Assembly: GCA_030390025.1 (NCBI GenBank)
Contig: CM059432.1
Coordinates: 123,072,001 to 123,136,000 of the forward strand
DNA length: 64,000 nucleotides
Source of the DNA: Squalus acanthias
Taxonomy: Eukaryota
Direction: 5' to 3'
A program made the position numbers and the translations under genes. Within the stretch, counting starts at the first letter, position 1, and the number at the start of each line of letters is the position of its first letter. This document shows positions 13,540 to 25,192 of the stretch, in pieces. Under the pieces are notes generated by a model. That model did not search any database and was not told where the DNA came from. It saw nothing but the letters and a program-made list of their open reading frames with translations.

Positions 13540-13960
13540 ATAATAATAAGGTATATAACACAAAATGGATAAAAATTGTGCAGTGGTATTCTACTAAGTC
13601 AGTTAAGTCCTTTCACATCTGACCTCTAGCAATTGTTCAACAGTTGGAACCCAAGTTCTATTGGGTGCATACTGTGGATATGCAGTCTTTATCCATTTAT
13701 GTTTAGGACATTAAAGCATCACTTGCTGATGTCCTATTTTATGCAAGCTATTTGGAAATTGTGCCTAATTAGGTCCTCACTGGGATCTTAATTTAGTTCT
13801 TAAGTTGCTAGTTGAACTAATGACCTAATTGAACGTGCAAGTTTAATTATCTTGCATCAAAATTTGCAGTATTGCATTAGTTTCTTCTTGCAGGGTTAGT
13901 GTAGCTCTCATTGTATGTCAGCCATATTTGATTTGACACTCTGACACAGTAGTCTCTATG
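13540..13960 (+). repeat. Unclassified interspersed repeat, copy 2
   Basis: Diverged copy of 7370-7870. Confidence 0.6.
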
Positions 13961-14199
13961 GCAACTCAGAGTTTGTACCCAAGGTATTTCCCAGTTACAT
14001 TTTGTCAGAAAGCTAATGTGCCATCATTTACCTGGCATTATACAAATCAGAAGTTGAATGCCATTTCCACGATGTAGATGTTAGCAGAGATTTAGTTACT
14101 ATGGGGTATAAATTCGACTTGGCTGGTAGTGCAAAACAAGCGATAGCGAATCGGAAGACCATTTTCACTCTGCCCAATTTTCTTTTCCATTTACTTCCA

Positions 14200-15347
14200 G
14201 AAGGCATTTGATAAAGTTCCACACAATAGATTAATAAAAATGAGAGCATATGGAGTTGGAGGTAACCTTATGACCTAGGTTTGAACTTGGTTAGGGCGTA
14301 GGAGACAGAGTAGGGATAAAGGGAATGTACTCTAATTGGCGGGATGTGACAAATGATGTTTCCCCAAGGATCTGTACTGGGGCCTCAGCTTTTCACCATA
14401 TATATCTCAATGACTTGGATGAAGGAATAGAGAGTTGTATATCCAAGTTTGCAAATAACACTAAGTTAGGAGGCACAGTAAGTTGTGTGGATGGGAGCAG
14501 GAAGTTACAAAGTGACCTAGACAGACTAAGTCATTGGGGAACACTATGGCAGATGGAGTTCAATGTGGAGGAAGTATGAGGTCAACCACTTTGGATCTAA
14601 GAAAGACAAATTGGAATATTTTCTTAATGGTGGGAGTCTAGGAACTGTGGAGGAGCAAAGGAATTTTGGTGTCCATATACACAGATCACTAAAAGCTAGT
14701 GCACAGGTACAAAAAGTAATCAAAAAGACTAATGGAATGTTGGCCTTTATCTCAAGGAGGATGGATTTTAAAAGTGAGGAAATGATGCTGCAGTTTTACA
14801 GAGCCTTAGTCAGACTCATCTGGAGTACAGCATTCAATCTTAGGCACCGAACCTCTGGAAAAATATATTGGCCTTAAAAGGGGTATTGTGTCGATTCACC
14901 AGAATGATACCTGAGTTTAAAGGATTAAATTATGAAGACAGGTTGCATAAAATTGGCTTTTATTCCCTTGAGTTTTGAAGGTTGAGGGGTAATCTAATTG
15001 AGGTGCTTCAGATGATGAGATTTGATGGTGTAAATATACAAAATCTATTTCTTCTGGTAACGGAATCCAGAAGGGGGCACAATCTTAAAATTAGAGCTAG
15101 GCCATTCATGAGTGAAATCAGGAAGCACTTTTTCCACACAAAGGGTAGTGGAAATCTGGAATTCTCTCCCGCAAAAGGTTGTGGATGCTCGGTCAATTGA
15201 AATTTTCAAGGCTAAGATCGACAGATTTTTGTTACATAAGGGAACCAATGGATAGAGATCAAAGGTGAGTAACAGGTGCAGATCAACCATGGACTATGAA
15301 TGGCGGAACAGGCTCGAGGGGCTGAATAGCCTACTCCTGTTCCTATG
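14200..15347 (+). mobile_element. CR1 LINE 3' fragment (RT)
   Basis: AFDKVPH, YLNDLDEG and SKFANNTKLGG motifs; CR1 3' terminus. Confidence 0.88.
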
Positions 15348-15861
15348 ACAACATTTTCATGTGTGTGCTTAGCACATGGTTTCTGCTGGTATTTGTGAAC
15401 TCTGTCTTTTATTTCTGAGAGAAAGTTTGAGACTGGCAAAGTGAAAGTTGAAGTCTGATCCATTTGTGGTTATCGTTTTTTTGTGGATTTTTGTCGAGTG
15501 CTTTGTCGCACTCTCTTTCTGGGTTGTGATTCATTTGTCACATGATTACAATGACAATGGTGTAAAATTGTTGTAGGGTTCCAGATATGTAGAGCTGGAA
15601 AATTTGGATAGTGGGTTTGAATGTGACCCTGTTCTTCATTAGTTGCCAATAACATAGCAGCTCAACTGCATTTTGCTATCCACCATGACACTGCCTGCAC
15701 AAAAACACAGTCCCACAAACTCCAACTGTATGTATTGTGACAAATAGCCAATAAACTGGTTTGTAACCAAGATGAAATGCATCTTTGGGTTTAAGTAATG
15801 CTACTGAACATACTCAACTTATAATGTTCTTGGACATCTCTGTTTTACATCTTCGTAATAC

Positions 15862-16400
15862 GTAGGATTACACAGGATATACGGCTCAGAAATAGGCCAT
15901 TCGGCCCAACCAGTCCATGCCAGCGTTTATGCTCCACTCTAGTCTCCTCCCATCTTTCCTCATCTAAATCTATCAGCATAACCCTCTATTCCCTTCTTCC
16001 TCATATGCTTATCTAATTGTCCCTTAAATGCATCTATCCAATTCGCTTCAACCACTCCCTGTGGTAGCGAGTTCCACATTCTCACCACACTCTGGGTAAA
16101 GAAGTTTCTTCTGAATTCCCTATTTAATTTCTTGGCGACTATCTTATATTGATGGCCTCTAGTTTTACTTTTCCCCGCAAGTGGAAACACTCTCTCTGTG
16201 TCTACTCTATCAAAACATTTCACAATTTTCAAGACCTCTATTGGGTCACCCCTCAGCCTTCTCTTTTCAAGAGAAAAGAGAACCAGCCTGTTCATCCTTT
16301 CCTGATAGGTATAACCCAGATTTCTGATATCACCTTTGTAAATCTTTTTTGCACCCTCTCCAGTGCCTCTATATCCTTTTTATAATATGACAACCAGAAT
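15862..16400 (-). mobile_element. CR1 LINE 3' end
   Basis: LFSLEKRRLRGD and FFTQSVVRMWNSLP in ORF 15960..16295. Confidence 0.88.
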
Positions 16401-16665
16401 ACACTCCTGCCTATGTGTTGATATTTTCGCATGCTTTACTTTTAACTAAAGATTTTCTTTATTAGGATGATATTTTGTGATGCAATTAATTATTGTTCTC
16501 CCTGCTTTTTAAACAAAATTAAGTCCAGAAAAGAGTAATTGCAGAAGATTTAGCATATTTCGTTAACACATTTCATGTTAGTTACAGATGTGCCATATTC
16601 ATATGTAATCCATCTAAAATTGAAGACTGAAGTCACGCACATTTTTCCAAATTGGTATCTTTCAG

Positions 16666-16868
16666 CATGTGCTTCCTTGTGCTGTGGAAGCGGAGCATCA
16701 CTGGTTCCTCATTCTTCTCAAAGAGGTCTGGCAGGTAACTCTCTGGTGCATATGATCATGAAGCAAGCCTTGCAGAAGACACACGACAACAGTACCATAC
16801 AACAAATGGCATTTGCTGTGCTCTCCAACTTGGTCATGTCCCATGAGTGTAAAGGTGTGTTGCAAAAG
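16666..16868 (+). CDS. RTTN: Rotatin internal exon (CASLCCGSG...QQMAFAVLSNLVMSHECKGVLQK)
   Basis: ttcAG and GTTAGT boundaries; 203 bp, phase 1->0; lies within ORF 16575..16886. Confidence 0.95.
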
Positions 16869-16887
16869 GTTAGTAACACCCTGTGAA

Positions 16888-17501
16888 TTACAACAACAAT
16901 AACTTTTATTTATATAGCACTTTTAGCGTAGTAAAATGTCCCAAGGCGCTTCACAGGAGCATTATAAAACAAAATCTGACATCGAGCCACATAAGGAGAA
17001 ATTAGGGCAGATGACCAAAAGCTTGGTCAAAGAGGTAGGTTTTAAGGAGCGTCTTAAAGGGGGAGAGGTTTAGGGAGGGAATTGCCAGAGCTTAGGGCCT
17101 TGGCAGCTGAAGGCACGACCACCAATGGTTGAGTGATTAAAATCAGGGATGCTCAAGAGGGCAGAATTAGAGGAGCGCAGATATCTGGGGATGGGGGGGG
17201 GGGGTGGAGGGGGAGGCCAGCCAGGAGTGCATTGGAATAGTCAAGTCTAGAGGTAACAAAGGCATGGATGAGGGTTTCAGCAGCAGATGAGCTGAGGCAG
17301 GGGCAGAGTTGGGCGATGTTGCAGAGGTGGAAATAGGCGGTCTTAGTTATGGCGCGGATATGTGGCCAGGAGTTCATTTCGGGGTCAAATATGATGCCAA
17401 GGTTGCGAACAGTCTAGTTCAGCCTCAGATAGTTGCCAGGGAGAGGGATGGAGTCGGTGGCTAGGAAACGGAGTTTGTGGCGGGGACCGAAGACAATGGC
17501 T
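16888..17501 (-). mobile_element. L2 LINE 3' fragment with internal deletion
   Basis: (CAA)n tail and reverse similarity to 1520-2340. Confidence 0.85.
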
Positions 17502-18175
17502 AGTCTGGATCCTGCGAAAGCAAAAATGAGCACTTGAAACGTGAATATTAATCCTGTATTGACATTTATTTATCGTCATTCCTGGCTGAATGATGGCCAG
17601 GAGATCAGGATGTTTTGATGTTAACAGTGATAGGTACTCAAAGGAGGAACTGAAAGGACAAAAGCTTTCAATCTTTTCCAGCTACATACTTGTCTTGTAC
17701 TGAGTTTGAAAATGATTGACAGATTTGGAGTGGTACCCAGGTACAAAGAATGCTAATTCCCATGTTTTACATGGAGCGCCATGCTGACTGAGCTAGAGTG
17801 AGTATCAGCTGAGCTCGCTAAAGAGCTAAAATGTCAGCTGTTAGCGGGAATGCAAGTAGTAATTTAAACAAACATTTCTTTTAATTTGGTAAGAGATGAA
17901 AAACTACAGAGCATCAATTTACTTGCATAAATGCACTTTGAATTGAAAGTTTTCTGCTCAACATAAAAATGCAATAAACAAGTCTATTACTCTGCTTGGA
18001 TCAGCTTCCAATTCGAACTTTGGATTGGAAGGTGGTCACTCAGCAGACACATCTGTAAAACCAACTCCCCATAGTCTACTAAGCAGGCAACATTGGACGT
18101 TGATATCAGTGACGCTTTGCTTTGTACTCAGTATGAGGTCATTAGCTCATTCCATGCTTCTGATCTTTATTATAG

Positions 18176-18443
18176 AGCAATTTCTTGCATAACTTCCTTG
18201 CGCTGCCATTACCAAAGGCAGCAGGAAAACCCCTAAGCATTTTGGCCATGCTTTGGCTGAAACTACTGCTGAATATGTCTTTTGGAGATGAAGGACAGCA
18301 GATGATTCTGAAGATGAATGGAAGTTTGGAGCTATTGACCGCAATGTCCCAGCACAAGCACAAGAACAACCAGCCCACTGCCCTTCTTGTTCTTCATAAT
18401 ATTTGCTTCAATCCTGCTAACAAGCCAAAGGTTCTAGCTAACG
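18176..18443 (+). CDS. RTTN: Rotatin internal exon ([14 protein letters not shown]...[20 protein letters not shown]...[10 protein letters not shown])
   Basis: tatAG and GTAAGC boundaries; 268 bp, phase 0->1; strong similarity to the recalled RTTN C-terminal armadillo-like region. Confidence 0.96.
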
Positions 18444-19109
18444 GTAAGCAATTTTAAATTTTACACTTTGACCTGGTTATCCTATTTTACTGGTTCGTGA
18501 TGTATGGAGGATAACTAAATTGCTTTCAAACCTGTTTTAAATTAATTTATTGCTCTTGGTTTCACACTGAAGGTAGTGGTTTATGAGTGTAACTTCTAAT
18601 TATATAGTAGTTTTGTGAGCATCTGTCACACTTTGGGCATCACACTTCAATGCGTCAAAAGAAGGTGTTATTTTTTTTCTGTGCAGGAACTGCAAATTTA
18701 CAAGCACCGAACAATGCGCAAACTTCCCTCACCAATTGGAAATTAAACTCTGACTTAAAGACCTATTTTTGACCATTTCCCTCCAGAGGGTACCTGGGTG
18801 GTGACCTTGAAAGGGACAGGCCAGATTTGTAGCGACCATGCTCCAGACTCGAGACACTCCATCATCAAGGCCGTGGGAAATTACTTTAGAAGGCCCGATT
18901 AAGATTCTCTTTGAGTTTAAGTTCGTAATTATCCATAGCAACCTTTAGAAATGTCTTGATAACGAATGGTCAACAAAAGTTCCTAAAAGGAAACAAAATT
19001 CTTTACACTCAGTTGCACTCTAACTACGATGGGGAAATACAAATGTCAAAAAATGAATGATACATTCATAATAACATTAATACAGAATATATCACAATAG
19101 ATTCTAGAC

Positions 19110-19232
19110 ATGGGAAAGAATTGCAGGGCTGTGGGGAAAGAGCAGGGGAGAGGGACTAATTGGACAGCTCTTTCAAAGAGCCAGCACAGGCATGATGGGC
19201 CGAATAGCCTCCTCCTGTGCTCTATGATTCTG
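19110..19232 (+). mobile_element. Short CR1 3' terminus
   Basis: GATGGGCCGAATAGCCTCCTCCTGTGCTCTATGATTCTG. Confidence 0.7.
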
Positions 19233-19448
19233 ATAGGCATCCCTCTGATTTTCCTGCTATGCCCCTTTAAAAGAATCCTCCAGGATAGCATTCGAAAAAA
19301 CCACATTGCTGGAGGAATCTTAATGCCTTGAACCCCTTATAAAAATGTTTTTAGTAATTATTTATTTCTGAGTGGAAAAAATAATGCAGTCTCTTTTCCT
19401 GCAGTTTGTTTCCAGATTCCCAGTTTGTGGTGTCATTTGCACTCAAGA

Positions 19449-22400
19449 TAGAGTCATAACGGCACAGAAGGAGGCCATTCGGCCCATCGAGTCCGTGCCG
19501 GCTCTCTGTAGAGCAATCCAGTCAGTCTCATTCCCCCGCTCTATCCCCGTAGCCCTGCAAGTTTATTTCCCTCAAGCGCCTATCAAGTCTCCCCTTGAAA
19601 ACATTGAGTGTCTCCGCTTTCACCACTTCCGTCGGCAGCGAGTTCCAGGTCCTCACCACTCGCTGCATAAAAAAGTTTTTCCTCGCATCCCCCCTGTATC
19701 TCTTGCCCAAAACCTTATACCATCAATTAGTGGGAACAGCTTTTCCCCGTCTAGCCTATCCAAACCCGTCATAATCTTGTACACCTCTATCAAATCACCC
19801 TTCAACCTCCTTTGCTCTAATGAAAACAAATCCAGTTTCTCCAACCTATCCTTGTAGCTAAGATCTCCCATCCCAGGAACCATTCTGGTAAATCTCCTCT
19901 GCACCCTCTCAAGGGCCTTCACATCTTTCCTAAAGTGTGGTGACCAGAACTGGACGCAATTCTCTAGTTGTGGCCTAACCAGCGCTTTATAAAGGTTCAG
20001 CAAAACTTCTCTACTTTTGTACTCTCTACCTCTATTTATGAAGCCCAAGATCCCATATGCTTTGTTAACCACTCTCTCAATATGTCCTGCCACCTTCAGG
20101 GACCTATGCACATTAACTCCCAGATCCCTCTGTCTCTGCACACTCTTTAAAACTGTGCCATTCAGTGTATATTGCCTCTCCCTGTTCCTTCTGCCAAAAT
20201 GCATCACCTCACACTTCTCTATTAAATTCCATCTGCCACTTGTCTGCCCATTCTGCTAGCCTTTCCATGTTCTGTTGCAGTCGATTGGTATCATCCTCAC
20301 TGTTTACCACACCCCCAAGTTTGGTGTCATCGGCAAATTTAGAATATATATATATATCTATCTATCTATATATCTATCTCAAAAAAAGCACTGGCCCCAG
20401 CACTGACCATTGGGGAACACCATTGTCTACCATCCTCCAGTCTGAAAAACAGCCATTTACCACAACTAGCTGTTTTCTGTCCTTAAGCCAATTCCTTATC
20501 CAAGCTGCCACTGACCCACCTATTCCATGAGCCTCAATTTTGTTCACCAGCCTTCTATGTGGTACTTTGTCAAACACCTTCCGAAAATCCATGTAGACAA
20601 CATCCATTGCATTCCCTTCATCAATCCTCCCTGTTACTTCATCAAAAAATTCAATTAGATTAGTCAAACACAATCTGCCTTTTACAAATCTGTGTTGGCT
20701 CTCCTTAATTAGCTTAAACCTCTCCAAGTGCACGTTAATTTTTTCCTTGATTATTGTTTCTAAAACTTTACCCACCACTGATGTTAAACTGACCAGCCTG
20801 TAGTTACTAGGATTGTCCTTACACCCTTTATTGAACAATGGTGTCACATTTGCCACTTTCCAATCCTCAGGCACCTCCCCCCGCATCTAGGGAAGATTGG
20901 AAAATTATGGCAAGCCCTTCTGCTATCTCCTCCCCCAGTTCCCTTAGCAACCTGGGATACAAGCCATCTGGACCAGGCGACTTATCCACTCTAAGCATAC
21001 CCAGCCTTTCTAGTACATCCTGTCTATCAGTTTTCACCCCTTCCATTACTTCTACCAATATTTTGTCAGCATCCACCTCCTTAGTAAACACTGATACAAA
21101 GTACTCATTGAGTATTCTAGTCTTGCCCTGCGCCTCTAAGCATATATCACTTTCTTTGTCCCTAATAGGCCCCATCCCGCCTCTTACTACCCACTTACTG
21201 TTTACATGCCAGTAGAAGATTTTTGGGTTCCCTTTTATGTTAACCGCCATTCTACTCTCATATTCTCTCTTTGCCAATCTTATTTTCATCTTCACTTCCC
21301 CTCTCAACAAATTGTATTTGGTCTGGTTCTCCCTTGAAGAATTCACCTGACATTCATCAAACATCCTCTCTTTTTTGTTTCATCGTCTTTTCTATCTCCC
21401 TCGTCATCCAAGCAGCCCTTGCTTTGGTTCCCTTACCCTTCCCTCTTGTTGAAATGTACCTAGCCTGTACTTGGAACATCTCCTCCTTAAAGATCACCCA
21501 TTGTTCCGTTACAGTTTTTCCTATGTGTCTTTGGTTCCATTTTACCCTGGCTAGATCCTTTCGCATCCCATTGAAGTTAGCCCTGTTCCAGTTTAGAAGT
21601 TCCACTCTAGATTGTTCCTTGCTCCTCTCCATTGCTAATCTAAATCTTATGATACGATGATCATTCGCACCCAAGTGTTCTCCCATAGACACTTGGTCGA
21701 CCTGGCCCACCTCATTCCTCAGCACCATATCCAGCAATACCTCTTTCTTAGTTGGGCCAAGAACATACTGGTCAAGGAAATTCTCCTGAACACATTTCAG
21801 AAATTCCTCCCCCCTCCTTTCCCTTTACCCTAGCATTATCCCAATCGATATTTGGGTAATTAAAGTCCCCCAATATCACCACTCTATAGCTCTTGCATAT
21901 CTCTGCGATTTCCCTGCAGATTTGCTCCTCTTTCTCCCTCTCACTATTTGGAGGCCTGTAGAATACCCCCAATAGTGTGATCATACCCTTTTTGCTCCTC
22001 AACTCTAACCAAATGGATTCTGTCCTTGTTCCCTGAAGAACATCCTCCCTCTCCAACACTATAAGGTCTTCCTTAATCACACTGCCAGCCAACCTCCCTT
22101 TTTTCCTTCCCTATCTTTTCTGAACACCTTGTACCCTTGAATATTAAGTGCCCAGTCCTCACCGTTTTTAAGCCACATTTCCATTATTGCCACAACATCA
22201 TATTGCCACACAGCAAATTGTGCTTGTAGCTCACCAACCTTATTCACCACACTTTGTGCGTTTAAATACATGCATTCTAAATTCATTTTTGAATTTTTCG
22301 TAGTCTTTCTTAGTCTGCTCCTATCTAATATGATACTTCCGCCTCTAGTACTACTTTCTTCTCTAATACTATCCAACACACACTCTCTTTTATGCACCTT

Positions 22401-22772
22401 ATTCCTCTTTTTTACTCCTATATGCTGGTGCCCACCTCCCTGCCAAGTTAGCTTAAACCCTCCCCAACAGCACTAACAAACCTCCCCGTGAGAATATTGG
22501 TCCCGGCTCTGTTGAGGTGTAACCCGTCCGGCTTGTACAGGTCCCACCTTCCCCAGAAATGGTCTCAATGCCTCAGGAATCTAAAGCCCTCCCTCCTGCA
22601 CCATCTCTCCAGCCACGCATTCATCTGTTCTATCCTCCTATTCCTGTACTCACAAGCACGTGGCACCGGGAGTATTCCGGAGATTACTACCTTTTGAGGT
22701 CCTGCTTTTTAATTTCTTTCCTAGCTCCCTATAGTCTGCCTGCAGGACCTCATCCCTCTTTCTGCCTATGTC
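19449..22772 (-). mobile_element. Long CR1 LINE remnant: ORF1 esterase-like end, APE endonuclease and RT, disrupted
   Basis: YLNAQS, GVFYRPPN, ILGDFNYP, KSPGPDG, NYRLVSLTS, DFRKVFDKVPH and LFSLEQRRLKGD across frameshifted ORFs. Confidence 0.93.
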
Positions 22773-22927
22773 CCCAAGGGTCCCTGGCTGCGGCCTCCTG
22801 CCGCTGGTTTTCCCACCCGGCAGCCAGCCAGCCTGTCTATTTGGCAGGACCTCCACATCCCCGGCTTTGCCGGGTTTTCCCTGTGCTCTCCTGCACCATC
22901 CCCCGCCTCCCCGTAAATATCGGGGCC

Positions 22928-23031
22928 GTTAACTCTGTTTCTCTCTCCACTGATGCTGCCTGACCTGCTGAGTGTTTCCAGCATTCTATGTTTATATTTC
23001 AGATTTCCAGCATCTGTAATATTTTGTTTTT
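22928..23031 (+). mobile_element. Penelope-like terminal fragment
   Basis: Reverse complement of 6075-6178. Confidence 0.8.
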
Positions 23032-23751
23032 GACTTGTAATAAAATCTGGTTGCACTCTTCCCTACAGGCACTGACAACTAACTATATTTGTTTGTCTTC
23101 AACCTTTCGTGTTTGGCGGAGTTTTACATTTCAGAGATTAACATGGTAATGATTGTAAAGTGAGAATTTTACTAATGGCTTTAGATTTTACTTTCAATTT
23201 TTCTATTCTGACTTTGACGAACTTGTTTGTTTTCCTGCACAAAGCAAAGAATGAGTGATGTGAAAAAAGAAAACCACAGAAACCAAGATCCTATTTGGAT
23301 ATTTTAAATGTTATAATGTTTGCATGATTTTGCCCATGGGTCACTGAACTCCAGAAGTAACACATTACAATGTAATGAAGTGCTACATAAATGCTAGTAT
23401 CATTAGAATTTCCCCTTCCTCTATCGTGCAAACTTTTCTTAATCTTCTTAAGAGGAAGCTTCTGTGGTTTAGAAGCTTGTTTCTAAGGCTAAGTACGGCA
23501 GATTGTCAAAACAAGTAATTGCACAATGTCTATTTGGCCAATATAATGCGAAATGTTATTCCCCAATGATCAGCACTCGCAAGCTTTACTTATAATTCAA
23601 GACAGTTAGTTTAAAATAATTGTTTGGTACTAAATCAGTCTAATGTGCTTATATTGGCTTCTGGTAGTTTCCAGGCAGGTGACCATAAATTGGGAAGACA
23701 GCTGCGTGTGAAAGGGCAATCACTGTGTTCTTTTTCCTCTTCTGTCCCCAG

Positions 23752-23855
23752 ATAAAACTGTGTCAATATTTGCTGCTTCTCTAGAAAATGACAATCCTGT
23801 AGTTCAGACTGTGGGAGCCTCAGCTCTTTGGGCTTTACTTCATAACTATCAAAAG
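23752..23855 (+). CDS. RTTN: Rotatin internal exon (KTVSIFAASLENDNPVVQTVGASALWALLHNYQK)
   Basis: Polypyrimidine tract with cAG and GTGAGT donor; 104 bp, phase 1->0; ALWAL..NYQK motif. Confidence 0.95.
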
Positions 23856-25192
23856 GTGAGTGGGCCCTTGAATGTCTGCATTGTGATTTCAGTGTTCCAG
23901 CTTGAATTCTATCCTGCCAGTAACGCATCTCCTGACTGAAAAGTGCACTTTATAACAGTTTTTTAAAATTTTGAATCAAAGCTGTTCCACCTTTGGCAAT
24001 TCGTCCAGAATATATATTAATGCTGAAGAAAAACAGCTGCATCATGAAATGGGTTTAAATTCAAACAGCCGTTCACTTCTCATAGCTCAGAGATGTGAGA
24101 TGGGTGTAATCAACTGACAAAATAAGTAACAAACCAATTTACACTGCCAGAGCTATTTCTGGGTGACGTGGTCCCATGGATAGGAGTATTGCAAGCTGGT
24201 AACTTCATATTACAAACTGACTACGTGCCCTTCTTTATGTAGACCCTGCAGACAGGGTCGGTGAAAAATAGGTAGCGAGTATAATTTTTGTATCAGCTGC
24301 TCTGAAATCTGTGTCCTTGTGTTGCAAAGCTGTGTTTAGTTGTCACTCTGTACTCCTCGAGGTACTGTTTCAGCTTTTCCCCCATCGCCATCACATGAAT
24401 GGAGGATTTGAATAGCTGTCCTGTTTCACCTTGCCGATTCACACTTGGTCAGTTGTAACACAACTTTTTTGTGCCAAAAGAACTTAAAGCACCTCTCTCT
24501 TTCTCTCCTATAAATATATATTTGCGACGAATGACCTTGTGCGTGCCGTTATCAAAGGCTATTTGCTTTAAGGGAGATTTGGTCGCAATATGTGTATTAG
24601 TTTTAATTACTTTGTAAACATACTTCTAAACAAATTTACAACTTCATTAAAACTAACGCAGAGGAAAATTTGGAGAGCAGTTGCTTAACTCTTAATTTTC
24701 TAGTTTTTTTTTTAAATATACTCACCGAAACCTCGTAGCGACCTCTGACCCAGTACCTATTGGCTACCTTTTTTCCTTGCATACAAAGGCAAGACATAGA
24801 AATTGACTACATCAGTAAAAGAACATGTGTGAACAATACTTAAAGATTGGGAGGAAGACTAAACAAAGGGCAGATTTACAGCGAGTAATAGAATTAGAAA
24901 AATAATCGGGCACAAATGGACACCACAGTGAGAAAAGTGTGTTAGAACCACACAGTGGAAGGCAAGCAGAAAGAGAACGCATTAAAAAGTATTGAAGAAT
25001 GGGGAGGAACAGAAAAGGTTGCTACAGTAAGAGAAACACAAATTTTATTTAAGTAGGTGTGAAAAGCCACAGAGGATGAACTAGTAGTGTAATAAATTTC
25101 CTTTTGTATTCTGAAATATTTAGGCATGTTTTTACCACAAATTATTTTCTTCAGCTCTATCAACAGTCAGTTAAATAACTAAACCAAATATA

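Noticed and set aside
19449..22772. Active LINE
   Set aside because: Multiple frameshifts, stops and deletions; 5'-truncated.
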